Shown in pieces: positions 8,175-18,945 of a stretch of DNA of 64,000 bases (its first letter is position 1; each line of letters begins with the position of its first letter). Both the position numbers and the translations under genes were made by a program. This stretch comes from an uncultured Spirochaetota bacterium (GTDB lineage: Bacteria; Spirochaetota; Spirochaetia; SZUA-6; CAVTHK01). The notes below the pieces were generated by a model. The model did no database searches and had not been told where the DNA came from. It was given only the letters and a program-made list of their open reading frames with translations. The stretch spans positions 32,001 through 96,000 of the forward strand of contig CAVTHK010000001.1 of NCBI GenBank assembly GCA_963734495.1, read 5' to 3'.

Positions 8175-10874
8175 ATGAGAACCATGCAGACTCGCTCTGA
8201 ATGCAGGCCTGTCAGGCTGCGGTGCGACTGGCAGGAGAACCCCATCGGCACGGACAACCGCGGCCCGCGCCTGTCGTGGGCGCTCGAGGACGGCCGCATC
8301 GGCGCGCGGCAGACGGCTTACCGCGTGCAGGCGGCACGCGACCCCGCGGGGTTCGACGGCGGCGGCCTGCTCTGGGACAGCGGCCGCGCGCGGAGCGGGC
8401 GCGGCGTCGGCATCCGCTACGAGGGGCCGGCGCTCGCGTCCCGCACCCGCACCTGGTGGCGCGTGCGGGTGTGGGACGCGAGCGGCGCGGAATCAGCGTG
8501 GAGCGAGCCCGCGTTCTGGGAGACGGGGCTGCTCGATGCTTCGGAGTGGAAGGCGCGCTGGATCGGGCGAAAGCAGGCCGCCGAGGGCAGCGTGCCCTGC
8601 CCTCACTTGCGCCGCGTCTTTTCCCTCGGCGCCGCCCCGCGGCGCGCCCGCCTCTACATCACCGCTCGCGGGCTCTTCGAGCCCTGGATCAACGGGAAGC
8701 TCGCCACCGAAGACTGCTTTGTCCCGGGATGGACCGACTACCGCAGGCGTATCGACGTGCTCGCGTACGACGTGACCGCGCTGCTCCGCGAGGGAGACAA
8801 CGCGATCGGCGTGATCCTCGGCGAAGGGTGGTACAGCGGCTACCTGCTGTGGTACGGCACGAAGAACCACTACGGGGACACCCCTGCCCTTCTCGCGCAG
8901 CTCGTGGTCGAGGCCGCGGACGGCCGCACGGAGCTGATCGCGACGGACGAGCGATGGAAAGCGGCCTCCGGCCCGCTGCTCGCCTCGGACATCTACCAGG
9001 GCGAGACCTACGACGCGCGCCTCGAGATGCCGGGCTGGAGCGAGAGCGGATTCGACGATTCGGCGTGGCGTCCCGCCGAAGTGCTGCCGGCCCCGCAGCC
9101 CGCGCCGGCCCTGAGCAGCAGAAGCACTCCCGCGGTGAGGCGCATCCAGGAGCTTGCGCCGCGGTCGGTGAGCGAGCCGGTCCCGGGCGCCCGCGTGTTC
9201 GACTTCGGGCAGAACATGGTCGGCCGGGTCCGCCTGCGCCTCACAGCGCCCCGCGGCACGGAGGTGACGCTGCGGTTCGCCGAGATGCTGAACCCGGACG
9301 GCACGCTCTACACGGCGAACCTGCGCACGGCGCGGGCGACCGATCGATACATCTGCCGCGGCGGCGGCGAAGAGGTCTACGAGCCGCGCTTCACCTTTCA
9401 CGGGTTCCGCTACCTGGAGGTAAAGGGCCTGGCCTCTCCGCCCGCCGAGGCGACGGGAGTCGTGCTGCACTCCGCGATGGAGCCGGCGGGCGAGCTCGCC
9501 ACCTCCGACCCGCTGCTCGACCGGCTCTGGAGCTGCATCGTCTGGGGGCAGAAGGGCAACTTTCTCGAGCTTCCCACCGACTGCCCGCAGCGCGACGAGC
9601 GCCTCGGGTGGACGGGCGACGCGGAAGTCTTTATGCCGACGGCGGCCTTCAATTTCGACGTCTCCTCCTTTTTCGCGAAGTGGCTGCGCGACCTCGAGGA
9701 CGCGCAGAGCGCGGACGGCGCGTTCCCTCACGTCGCCCCCGACGTCCTCACGCCCACGGTCGGCCGCTGGAGGGATGCCCCCGCCGCCGGCGCCGCCGCC
9801 TGGGCGGACGCGGGCGTGATCTGCCCGTGGACGCACTACGTCTACTACGGCGACGCCGCCGTGCTCGAGGCGCGCTACGAGAGCATGAAGCGCTGGATCG
9901 GGTTCCAGGAGCGCACGAGCCGCGGGCTGATCAGGCCGTCCGACGGCTTCGGCGACTGGCTCGACCCGGACGTGACGAAGCCCGGCATCGCGCCCACGCC
10001 CAAGGACCTGATCGGCACGGCGTACTTCGCGCACACCGCCGGGATCATGGCGAAGGTCGCGCGCGTGCTCGGCCGCTCCGAAGATGCGAGCGCGTTCGCG
10101 GAGCTCCGCGGCCGCGTCGTTCGCGCGTTCCGCCGCGAGTACGTGAGCCCGGCGGGACGAGTCGTGGGCGACACGCAGACCGGCTACCTCCTGGCGCTCG
10201 CCTTCGACCTGCTGCCCGCGGCCATGGTCGAGACGGCGTTCGCGCACCTCGTGCGGCTCGTCGAGGCGCGGGGCCGGCACCTCGCCACGGGCTTCGTCGG
10301 CACTCCGCTGCTGCTGCCGGTGCTCACGCGCTTCGGCAGGCATGACCTCGCCTTCGACGTGCTCTTCCAGAAGGACACCCCCGGGTGGCTCTACCCCGTG
10401 ACCAACGGCGCGACGACCATGTGGGAGAGGTGGAACAGCTGGACAAGTGAAGGCGGATTCGGCGACGTCGGCATGAACTCCTTTAACCACTACGCGTACG
10501 GGGCGGTGGGGGTCTGGATGGCGGCCGCGATCGGAGGGATCGCGGTCGACGAGCGGCACCCGGGCTTCGGGCGTTTCGTCGTCGAGCCGCTGCCCGATAA
10601 ACGCATCACGAGCGCGCGCTGCAGCCATCGCTCGCCCCTCGGCGAGATCCGCACGCGGTGGGAGCGCGCGGGCGGCGAGCTTTCGCTGGAGCTGACCGTG
10701 CCGCCGGGAAGCGGCGCGGAGGTGCGCCTCGCCGCGAGCGACCCTGCCGCGGTCCGCGTCGGCGGCCGGCCCCTCGCCGAAGCCGAAGGGGTCGCCGCGC
10801 GCCGCGCCGAGCCGGGGCTGGCGGCGTTCGCCGTGGCAGCCGGCAGCTTCCGCATCACCTGCCCCGAGCGGTGA
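8175..10874 (+). CDS. Alpha-L-rhamnosidase (GH78)
   Basis: PTDCPQRDERLGWTGD, GATTMWERW, MNSFNHYAYG, DFGQN motifs; start could be ATG 8184. Confidence 0.93.
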   Translation: MRTMQTRSECRPVRLRCDWQENPIGTDNRGPRLSWALEDGRIGARQTAYRVQAARDPAGFDGGGLLWDSGRARSGRGVGIRYEGPALASRTRTWWRVRVWDASGAESAWSEPAFWETGLLDASEWKARWIGRKQAAEGSVPCPHLRRVFSLGAAPRRARLYITARGLFEPWINGKLATEDCFVPGWTDYRRRIDVLAYDVTALLREGDNAIGVILGEGWYSGYLLWYGTKNHYGDTPALLAQLVVEAADGRTELIATDERWKAASGPLLASDIYQGETYDARLEMPGWSESGFDDSAWRPAEVLPAPQPAPALSSRSTPAVRRIQELAPRSVSEPVPGARVFDFGQNMVGRVRLRLTAPRGTEVTLRFAEMLNPDGTLYTANLRTARATDRYICRGGGEEVYEPRFTFHGFRYLEVKGLASPPAEATGVVLHSAMEPAGELATSDPLLDRLWSCIVWGQKGNFLELPTDCPQRDERLGWTGDAEVFMPTAAFNFDVSSFFAKWLRDLEDAQSADGAFPHVAPDVLTPTVGRWRDAPAAGAAAWADAGVICPWTHYVYYGDAAVLEARYESMKRWIGFQERTSRGLIRPSDGFGDWLDPDVTKPGIAPTPKDLIGTAYFAHTAGIMAKVARVLGRSEDASAFAELRGRVVRAFRREYVSPAGRVVGDTQTGYLLALAFDLLPAAMVETAFAHLVRLVEARGRHLATGFVGTPLLLPVLTRFGRHDLAFDVLFQKDTPGWLYPVTNGATTMWERWNSWTSEGGFGDVGMNSFNHYAYGAVGVWMAAAIGGIAVDERHPGFGRFVVEPLPDKRITSARCSHRSPLGEIRTRWERAGGELSLELTVPPGSGAEVRLAASDPAAVRVGGRPLAEAEGVAARRAEPGLAAFAVAAGSFRITCPER

Positions 10875-10957
10875 GCTCGGGCGACAAAAATGCCCGCAGC
10901 GGACGGGCGGGGTCGGTGTCCGACCGCATGCGGGCGGGGCTCAGCCGGGCCCGTGAC

Positions 10958-12251
10958 TCAGGAGCTGAACGACACCTCGTTCGAGTACGTGCTCTCGGTC
11001 CCTCCGGAGTTGTACGAGGTGGCGACAAAGTAGTAGGTGACGCCCGGCTGGAGCCCCGTCACCGTGACGCTCGTCGAGGGTCCGGCGTCGACGACCTGGT
11101 CGTAGACGCCGGCGGTCGTGCCGTAGTGCACCTTGTAGCCGGCCACGCCGGTGGTGTCCGCGGGCGCGATCCCAGGCCAGCGCGACCAGGCTCGCCGCGG
11201 GCGCAGGGGTCACCGTGAGCGAGGTCGTGGCGCTCCCCGCCCGCAGCCCGTCGGCGGTAAACGCCGCCACGTCGATGCGGTAGGTGCCGGGGGTCAGGGT
11301 CGCCGGCACGGCATACGAGGCCCCCGTGCTGCTGAAGCCGCCGTTCAGGTACCACGAGTAGACGACTCCGGTGACGCCCGCGACGGAGGCCTGGAGCGTG
11401 AACCCCGTGCCTTGCACGACCGACGCCCTCTGGCCGGACAGGGTGACCGTGAGAGGATTCGCCATGCTGGGCGTTATGCTCACCTGCATGTTCCCCGGCG
11501 CCGGGTTGACCTGGCTGAAGGCGAACGTGCCCGCGGTCGTCTGGTCCTTCAGGATGCGGACGATCTCGATCGCGCCCGCGACGGGCACGGTGCCGTCCAG
11601 CACCTGGAGCGACAGCGTGTGGTAGCCGACGGGGATGCTGGTCGTGGCCGAGCCGGCCGTCCCGGAACCCAGAGTGAAGGTCAGCGCCCGCGTGGCGCCC
11701 GCCGCAGGCACGAGCTGGGCGGTGACCGAAGCGCTGGTCACCAGGGCCGCCGGCCAGTTCACCGTGAGCTGCAGCGTTCCGTACCCGCTGAGCGGCTTGA
11801 CGGTGATCGAGACGTTGCTCTGGTTTCCCGCCGTGAGCGTCACCGTCGTCGTTCCATCGCCGATGACTGTGGCCGCGGCGTTGAGGGCCTCGACGGTCAC
11901 GCTCCAGGCGCCGGCGGCGAGGTCCTTGATCTGGACGGGCGCGGTGGCGGTCGTCTGAACGAAATTGGCCCCGCTCGGGCCGCGGCCCGTGATCGTGTAG
12001 GAGGCTGCGGTCATGTCGAGCGCCGGGACGAGCGTGTACGCGAGCTGGTTGTCAAAGGCGACCACCAGTACCGCGGGGCCCGTGCCGCTCGGGTCGTTGC
12101 TTTCTATGCCCAGCTGGTTTGCCGCCCACACCAGGGCAGGGGGAAGGCATCCGTTGAGCGTGAGCGAAACAAGCATCAGGAGAACCGCGCACAGAATGCG
12201 CAGCCTATTGCCCGGCCGGATCGGCAGGCGGGTGTTTGTCGTTTGGGTCAT
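10958..12251 (-). CDS. Thr/Ser/Val-rich surface lipoprotein with Ig-like modules and C-terminal FN3 domain; one frameshift near 11168
   Basis: Signal peptide with LNGC lipobox; beta-rich modules; LAWD continues in another frame as APADTTGVAGYKVHYG...GLQPGVTYYFVATSYN..ES.YSNEV (FN3). Confidence 0.75.
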
Positions 12252-12312
12252 AACGGCTCCTCCGTCTCGCAGGAATCACCGCTCGACGCAGGCACCGTTT
12301 TAGGAAGCCGTA

Positions 12313-12408
12313 TCGAGTCGGCAGCCGTGCAACCATTTCGGGTCCTGGACCCGAGGCAGGCCACGTGCTTTGCGCCCCCTCCTTTCGGAAGGTTCGCCTT
12401 TTTCGACG
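12313..12408 (-). ncRNA. c-di-GMP-I (GEMM-I) riboswitch
   Basis: Minus strand AAAGGCGAAC-CTTCC-GAAA-GGAGG-GGGCGCAAAG-CACGTGGCCT...ATGGTTGCACGGCTGCCGA: GNRA-capped P2, GCAAAG junction, P3 and GCTGCCGA 3' end. Confidence 0.85.
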
Positions 12409-12419
12409 TTGACTTCTAA

Positions 12420-12435
12420 AGCAAGCGACGTGCCA
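12420..12435 (-). promoter_or_regulatory. Sigma-54 (-24/-12) promoter
   Basis: TGGCACG-TCGC-TTGCT, exact consensus; predicted +1 falls at the riboswitch 5' end. Confidence 0.85.
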
Positions 12436-12589
12436 AACCGATGTTGTCCCTAACCTGCTCTTGGATCGTGAGTTACGGGATCACGGTCGGGAACTGTGCG
12501 ACGGAGGGGTTACAGATACGTTACCGGGGCGCGATCCCGGCGTTACGGCAGCGTGACCCCAGGGGTGGCCCCGGGTCGGGCCGCAGCCG

Positions 12590-15172
12590 TCACTGCTCGT
12601 GGTGCTCCGCATGGTCGTGCAGCGGCGCGTGGCGGTGGAAGGCCCCGGCCCGGTGCATCCGCTGGTGCAGCCGGTTGTAGGCCGACTCGAGCTCCGCGCG
12701 CAACCGCTTGTACGCTTGAGCCTCCGGCCGCGGCGCCAGGGTGTCCACGTAGGCGATCGCGCCCTGTATCTGGTCGAGCACGAGGTCCGCGTCCTTCTGC
12801 GAGAACAGCGGCGCGCCGCCAGACAACCACCTGCACGGCGCTGGTGTGGGCCGCGATCTCGCCGGAGCGGCCGCGGCAGCTGCCCCGCACGCGCAGCGCC
12901 ACCCACGTGGAGGCGCTCACGCGGAGGCTCGCGGTCCCCGAAGCGGCGAGCGCTCCGCCGGCGTTCGTCTGCTCGGCGGTGAGGCCGCCCGCGACGACCT
13001 CGACCTGCTCGATCGGGACGCTCACCGACTCGACGCTCCAGCTGACCGCTACGGTCCCTCCGCCGGCGGGCAGGTGGAGCCGGCCGCCGGGACGCACGCC
13101 TTGGACGGCGACCGAGGCGAGGGGACCGACGGTGACGAACGTGTCGCCGCCGCGGACCGCCTTGATCCAGCCTTCGTAGGTAAAGTCGTGCTCGCCGAGG
13201 AACGCGTACGTGCGGATGCCGCCTAACAGCGACGAGGCCTGCATCTTGTCCGAGCCGCCCACCACCGGGACGTGGTAGCCGAGGTTGAGATAGCGGTACC
13301 AGTCCGCGATCCCGTACGGGTTGATCTGGAGGTAGGCGGGGTTGAGCGGGTTAAAGGTGCTCATCTCGACCGCGCTGATGAGGTCGAGCACGATGTCGGC
13401 GGCCCGCTCGGCCTGCGGGTTGGGCGAGTGCGGGAGCACCGTGAGGCCGCCCTGCTCGAGGCAGCGGCGCGCCCACTCGCTCATCGTGTTCTCCAGCGGG
13501 TCGCCGATCGCGGACTCGGTGGGCCCTCCGGTGGTGAGCGGCTGGATCATGCGGCCGGAGTAGCCGAGCAGCGAGATGTGGCCGAGCACCTGCATGCGGT
13601 TCTCGGTGCCCACGCGCACCAGGAACTCGCCGCTGCCGCCCATCTCGCGCGAGCCGAGGGTCGTGGCGCCGTCGAAGTCGCCGACGTTGGTAAAGAGCTC
13701 GCCCCACTGGCTCGCGAGCAGGTTCACCACGTTGACGCCTTCGGCGCCGCCCTCGAGCAGCGCGGTGTGCGGGCTGAGGAAGTGCACGTGCGTGTCCGCG
13801 CTCACCCAGCCCTTCTCGCGCCAGTGCAGGACCTTCTCGAGGGAGAGGGTCACCCAGTCGGTGGCGGGCGTCACCTCGAAGCGGGTCCGCAGCGGCGTGA
13901 CCTCGTAGCCACGGCTGGCTTCGGCGTACACGGGGCCGAGCGGGAGGTCCACGACGCACTCGCCCGGAACGTAGCAGTACTGGTTCGCGCCGTTCACGAA
14001 CTCGGCGTAGTTGTCCTCGAACCAGTACGGGTTGACCCTGCGGTGGTGGCCGCGGGGCGGGAGGTATTCGCCGGACCTGCCATGAAGGTGAAGGCGGACC
14101 GGCACCGGCTGCCCCGTCGCCTTGTCGACGATGCGCAGCGTCACAGGCTTGTGCGCGGGGGCGATCACCTGCACGCCCGGCTGCGCGTCGCGGACTCCAG
14201 GGCGGCGATCTCGTACGAGACGAGGCTCGACGGGCCGGTGCGCACGTACAGGAGCGCCGCGGGGTGCGCGGCGTACTCGACGATCACGTCGCGCTCGCTC
14301 CGCGCGGGCTGCACCTGCGGCGCGCCGGGCTTCCACGCGGCCTCGTCGTAGTCGAGCGCCGCGCGGGCCGAGATCACCGTGCCGAGGTCGATGCCGATCT
14401 CCTCGAGCTCGCCGAGGGCGTTGAGCGACGCCCCGGCAGGCAGGGTGAGGCGCAGCTTGCGCCGCACGCCGGGCCGCAGCGGGTGCTCGGCGAGCTGCGT
14501 GAGGGACACCGCGTACACGACGGAGCGCTCGGCGCCAGGCGCGAGCTGCACGCTGCGGATGGGGCGGTCCGCGTGCCGCAGCGGCAGCGCGTACACCCAG
14601 AGCTTCTCGGGCGTGCGATCGCGGCCGGAGCGGTGACGCGTCTCGCCGCGGCCCCAGGCCTCGCCCCCGAGGCGGCCCAGCTCGTGCTCCTCGGTGGCGC
14701 TCGGGAAGACGAGCGGCGAGGCAGCCGGCATCGCGGCGAACGCGCTCGCGCCCCAGCCGGTGCGGCTCTGCTGGATGCCGAAGCGCCTGTAGACCGGGGT
14801 CGCGTCGCGCGAGCCGTCGGCGTACTCCACGGTGTAGTCCGAGACGCGGCCGCCGAGGTCGTTGCCGTGGACGCCGGAGTCGGCGAGCCCCTCCTGGTAG
14901 GCGTCGGGCCGGTCCTCCACCGCGTGCAGGAAGATGATGTACGAAGCGGTCGCACCGCCGAGATCGATGGTCACCGGCGCTTTGTCGAGCAGGATCACGT
15001 CGGGGCTGCCCGGCTCGCCGAGCCGGAACGGGATGCCGAGGAACGCCTGGCTGCCGTGGCCCGGGTCCATGTTCGCCGGCGTTCGCAGCGCCTCCGGCAG
15101 ATCCGTGCGGCGGGCGTTGAACGCGTCGTCGAGACGGACAGGGGTAAAGTGGGGCGAAGGCGGGATCGTCAT
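12590..15172 (-). CDS. CehA/McbA-like PHP-fold metallohydrolase with long N-terminal extension; frameshifts near 14190 and 12821
   Basis: SADTHVHF, GTENR..LGHI, PHSP, WYRYLNLG, GGSDK, G.TFVTVGP; three ORF pieces join into one gene; GGAGG before ATG 15172. Confidence 0.75.
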
Positions 15173-15301
15173 GCGGCCTCCATCGCGGGCGTGGGACATC
15201 ATAGCGCTCCGCGGCCGCCGGCGCGAGCACGTGCGGGTGCCATGCGGCCACATGCGCGCCCGCGCTGGTGCCCGGGCCGCGGCGCCGGTATACTCACCGT
15301 C

Positions 15302-16129
15302 GTGCGGCGCAGGGGCGTGGCGGCTGCCTTCCTTCTATTTATAGTCTCTGTCGCTCCCTGTGCCTTCGCGGACACCGACACCGAAGACCAGGGCGACCGC
15401 AAGATCCGCGACACCGTCGACCGCGCGAAGGAGGCGGAGGACCGGGCGAAGGACAAGAAGCGGCCTCCGGCCGACGCGGACGACCCGGACGAACGGGACG
15501 ACGACGAGCCGGGGCTCCTCGGGATCATCGCCCGCGCCTTCTTCGAGGCGCTCTTTCAGGTCACGTTCGAGAACGCCGCGACGCTGCGCTTTGCCGCGTA
15601 CCCCTACTCGATCGGAAGCCGGTACATCCACAACACGTCCACCTGGCTCCTGCCGGAAGAGCGCAAGTGGGTGTCGCTCGAGATCGCCTCCAGCGCGGCG
15701 ACCCACCTGGACGGCACCTGGGGCGTCAGCAGCCGCGCCGTGGCGCAGCTCGCCGGGCTGCACGTCAACGCGTACGACCTCGAGATCTTCTCAGCCTCCG
15801 AGGCGTTCACCGTGCTCTCGGCGAACGCGGGCATCACGTTCTTCGTTCCCGACTTCATGCTCAGCGCGTTCGCGGGCGCCTACGCGCTCGACGCCCTGGA
15901 CTCCGCGCATCTCTCCTTCGGCTTCCTCTGCCAGCTCTTCCTGCCTCCGCGCGTGCACGTCGATCTCTTCGACCTGAACGCGGTGGTCGGGGACCAGATC
16001 TTCAGCCACTGGGAAGCGACCGTCGAGCTCTCGCTCTGGCGCTTCGCGCTGGGCGCGGGCTGGCACCACAACGTGATCGCGGGCACGCTGTATTCGGGCC
16101 CCTGCCTGCGGGCGAGCTTCTGGCTGTAG
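15302..16129 (+). CDS. Hypothetical exported protein, possible outer-membrane beta-barrel
   Basis: Signal peptide (..APCAFA), acidic linker, alternating beta strands, aromatic C-terminus RASFWL; TATACT 7 nt before GTG. Confidence 0.6.
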   Translation: MRRRGVAAAFLLFIVSVAPCAFADTDTEDQGDRKIRDTVDRAKEAEDRAKDKKRPPADADDPDERDDDEPGLLGIIARAFFEALFQVTFENAATLRFAAYPYSIGSRYIHNTSTWLLPEERKWVSLEIASSAATHLDGTWGVSSRAVAQLAGLHVNAYDLEIFSASEAFTVLSANAGITFFVPDFMLSAFAGAYALDALDSAHLSFGFLCQLFLPPRVHVDLFDLNAVVGDQIFSHWEATVELSLWRFALGAGWHHNVIAGTLYSGPCLRASFWL

Positions 16130-16276
16130 GCCGCGGCGGGCGGCACGATGCGGGTGGCGGCGGACGGCGACCGTGGCAGACCGTGGCCTTTACGAGCGGC
16201 CCTCCAGCCTTTAGACTCCCGAGTTGGACAAAGGGTTTTCGCCGCAACGGACGCGGCGGAGGGCAAGGAGGTCTGT

Positions 16277-17911
16277 ATGCTGATGAGAGTTGTTTTTGCG
16301 CTGCTGGCGCTCGCGCTTGCGCAGGCGCCGCTGATGGCGGGGCCCCAGGCGGAGAAGCCGGGGCCGGCTGCCGCGGCCGCAACCGCCGCGGGGGCGCCGG
16401 AGCCGCTCACGCTGCCGATCGTCAAGGAGCCGCTCACGCTCACGTTCTTCAGGTCGCTCGACGGCAAGGTGGCGGCGACCATGAAGAGCCAGGAGGAGCA
16501 GGCCGCCTATCGCGAGATGGAGAAGCGGACCGGCATCAAGGTCAAGTTCATCCATCCCCCGATCGGGCAGGACAGGGAGCAGTTCAACCTGATCCTGGCG
16601 TCGGGCGACCTGCCGGACATGATCTTCTGGAGCTGGATGAGTCTTCCCGCCGGACCCGCGGGCGCGCTCGCGGACAAAGTGATCATCCCGTTGAACGACC
16701 CGATCGCCAGGTACGCGCCGAACCTGTCGAAGATCTACGCCGACTACCCGGAGGCCAACCGCCAGGTCATGCTCGACGACGGGACGAAGTTCAATTTCCC
16801 GATGCTGCAGCTCGACGACTACATCAAGGCGGGCGGTCCGATCATGCGCAAGGACTGGCTCGACAAGCTGGGCCTGCCGCTGCCCAGGACGGTCGACGAC
16901 TGGTACGCCATGCTCAAGGCCTTCAAGACCAGGGACCCCAACGGCAACGGCAAGCCGGATGAGCTGCCGCTCGTCGCGATGAAAGGCAACCCGCTCGAAG
17001 GAATCACGAGCTTCACGGCCCCCTGGGGCGTGATCCAGGGCTTCTACCAGGAGAAGGGCGTGGTCAAGTTCGGGCCCGTGGAAAAGGGCTACGCCGACTA
17101 CCTCGGGACGATGGCCAGGTGGTACGCCGAAGGCCTGATCGACCCGGACTTCCCCGCCACCGACCAGAAGGGCTTTGACGCCAAGGTCACGGGAAGCCGC
17201 GGCGGCGCCTACATCGGCCGCGTCAACAACACCCTCGGCCGCTACCTCACTCTGGTGCGGCCCAAGGACCCGAAGTTCAACCTGACCGGGTCCGGGTGGC
17301 CGATCGGACCCGCGGGCAAGCCCTACAACATCCGATCGAACATGGTCGCCATCGCCGACGGAACGGGAGCCGCCGTCAGCACCAAGAACAAGCACGTCAG
17401 GGAGACCGCCAAGTGGCTCGACTATCACTACAGCCCCGACGGCCACCTGCTGATGAACTTCGGCATCGAGGGCGAGAGCTACGTCATGGACAAGGGCTAC
17501 CCCCGCTACACCGACCTGATCCAGAAGAACCCGCAAGGGCTGGCCAACCTCGACGCGCTCGCGCGCTACGCGCCGTCGGCGTTCAGCGGGCCCATGGTGC
17601 AGGACCGCCGCTATTTCGAGCAGACCCTGACCTGGCCCGAGCAGAGGGCCACGATCGACCTCTGGGCCTCCGGGAGCGACGTGTCGCTGCTGCTGCCGCC
17701 GATCACGCCGACGATCGAGGAGAGCAAGAAGACCACCTCCGTGATGAACGACGTGAACACCTACGTCTCCGAGATGTCGGTCAAGTTCATCATGGGCACG
17801 GAGCCCCTGTCCAAGGTGCCTGACTTCGTGGCGAACCTGAAGAAGATGGGCATCGACGACATCATCAAGCTCCAGCAGGCGGCCCTCGACCGCTACAACA
17901 AGCGGAAGTAG
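16277..17911 (+). CDS. Carbohydrate ABC transporter solute-binding protein (LplA-like)
   Basis: LILASGDLPD, RKDWLDKLGL, DPNGNGKPDE, NFGIEGESY; AAGGAGG SD. Confidence 0.92.
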   Translation: MLMRVVFALLALALAQAPLMAGPQAEKPGPAAAAATAAGAPEPLTLPIVKEPLTLTFFRSLDGKVAATMKSQEEQAAYREMEKRTGIKVKFIHPPIGQDREQFNLILASGDLPDMIFWSWMSLPAGPAGALADKVIIPLNDPIARYAPNLSKIYADYPEANRQVMLDDGTKFNFPMLQLDDYIKAGGPIMRKDWLDKLGLPLPRTVDDWYAMLKAFKTRDPNGNGKPDELPLVAMKGNPLEGITSFTAPWGVIQGFYQEKGVVKFGPVEKGYADYLGTMARWYAEGLIDPDFPATDQKGFDAKVTGSRGGAYIGRVNNTLGRYLTLVRPKDPKFNLTGSGWPIGPAGKPYNIRSNMVAIADGTGAAVSTKNKHVRETAKWLDYHYSPDGHLLMNFGIEGESYVMDKGYPRYTDLIQKNPQGLANLDALARYAPSAFSGPMVQDRRYFEQTLTWPEQRATIDLWASGSDVSLLLPPITPTIEESKKTTSVMNDVNTYVSEMSVKFIMGTEPLSKVPDFVANLKKMGIDDIIKLQQAALDRYNKRK

Positions 17912-17929
17912 CAGACCTGGTGAGGTGCG

Positions 17930-17965
17930 CTCCCCCGGGCCTCCGCTCGGGGAGCCCGGGGGAGC
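17930..17965 (+). other. GC-rich stem-loop between SBP and permease genes
   Basis: CTCCCCCGGGC...GCCCGGGGGAG arms; no U-tract; probable mRNA-stabilising hairpin. Confidence 0.5.
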
Positions 17966-17974
17966 CTGTTTCCC

Positions 17975-18937
17975 ATGAGAGCCGTCAACGCATCGTCCCG
18001 ACCCGGCCGCGCCGCGGGCGCGCCGGCCCGCTGGCTCGCCTGGCTCGGGCGCGACCTCGCGCGCAACCGCACGGTCTACCTCCTCGCGCTGCCGATGGTG
18101 CTGTACTACCTGCTGTTCCACTACCAGCCGATGTACGGCGCGATCATCGCGTTCAAGGACTTCGCGCCCGGCCGCGGGATCTGGGGCAGCCCCTGGGTCG
18201 GGATCGAGCATTTTCAGAGCTTCTTCCGCAGCATCTACTTCGTGCGCGTCGTGCGCAACACGGTCCTGCTGAGCGTGCTCAACCTCGTCTTCGGCTTCCC
18301 GGCGCCGATCCTCCTCGCGCTCCTGCTGAACGAGGTCCGCAACCGCGCCTTCAAGCGCACGGTGCAGACCGTGAGCTACCTCCCGCACTTCGTGTCGATC
18401 ATGGTGATCTGCGGGATGATCATCGACTTCACGTCGCGCGACGGGCTGGTCAACGACATCGTCGCCTTCCTCGGCGGCGAGCGGGTCACGATGCTGCTCA
18501 AGCAGGAGCTGTTCCGGCCGCTCTACGTGACCACGGAGATCTGGCAGCGGGTGGGATGGCAGTCCATCATCTACCTGGCCGCGCTCACCTCCATCGACCC
18601 GCAGCTCTACGAGGCGGCGACCATCGACGGCGCCGGGCGCCTGCGCCAGACCTGGAGCATCACTTTGCCCGGGCTCCTGCCGACGATCGTGATCATGCTC
18701 ATTCTGCGCATCGGACAGATGATGAACATCGGCTTCGAGAAGATCATCCTGCTCTACAACCCGACGATCTACGAGACCTCGGACGTGATCTCCTCGTACG
18801 TCTACCGCAAGGGGCTGCTGGACTTCAGCTTTTCGTTCTCGACGGCGGTCGGGCTGTTCGACTCGGCCATCAACTTCGGGCTGCTGATCTCGGCGAACGC
18901 CCTGAGCCGGCGGGTCAACGAGACGAGCCTCTGGTAG
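17975..18937 (+). CDS. Carbohydrate ABC permease (LplB-like)
   Basis: SPWVG, SYLPHFVS, LYEAATIDGA EAA motif. Confidence 0.93.
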   Translation: MRAVNASSRPGRAAGAPARWLAWLGRDLARNRTVYLLALPMVLYYLLFHYQPMYGAIIAFKDFAPGRGIWGSPWVGIEHFQSFFRSIYFVRVVRNTVLLSVLNLVFGFPAPILLALLLNEVRNRAFKRTVQTVSYLPHFVSIMVICGMIIDFTSRDGLVNDIVAFLGGERVTMLLKQELFRPLYVTTEIWQRVGWQSIIYLAALTSIDPQLYEAATIDGAGRLRQTWSITLPGLLPTIVIMLILRIGQMMNIGFEKIILLYNPTIYETSDVISSYVYRKGLLDFSFSFSTAVGLFDSAINFGLLISANALSRRVNETSLW

Positions 18938-18945
18938 GAGGACGA

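Noticed and set aside
8201-10628. Long overlapping and antisense ORFs (e.g. 714 and 711 aa; similar at 16211, 37385, 49177, 54261)
   Set aside because: Arg/Pro/Gly-rich shadow frames expected from high-GC codon bias over clear genes
11160-11175. Programmed frameshift giving an optional FN3 domain
   Set aside because: No slippery run or repeat at the site; matches the single-base indel pattern seen elsewhere
16933-16965. DPNGNGKPDE / DLDGNGKID / DTTGDGKID motifs repeated in SBPs
   Set aside because: Common DxDxDG-type calcium-binding loop of this SBP family, not a DNA repeat
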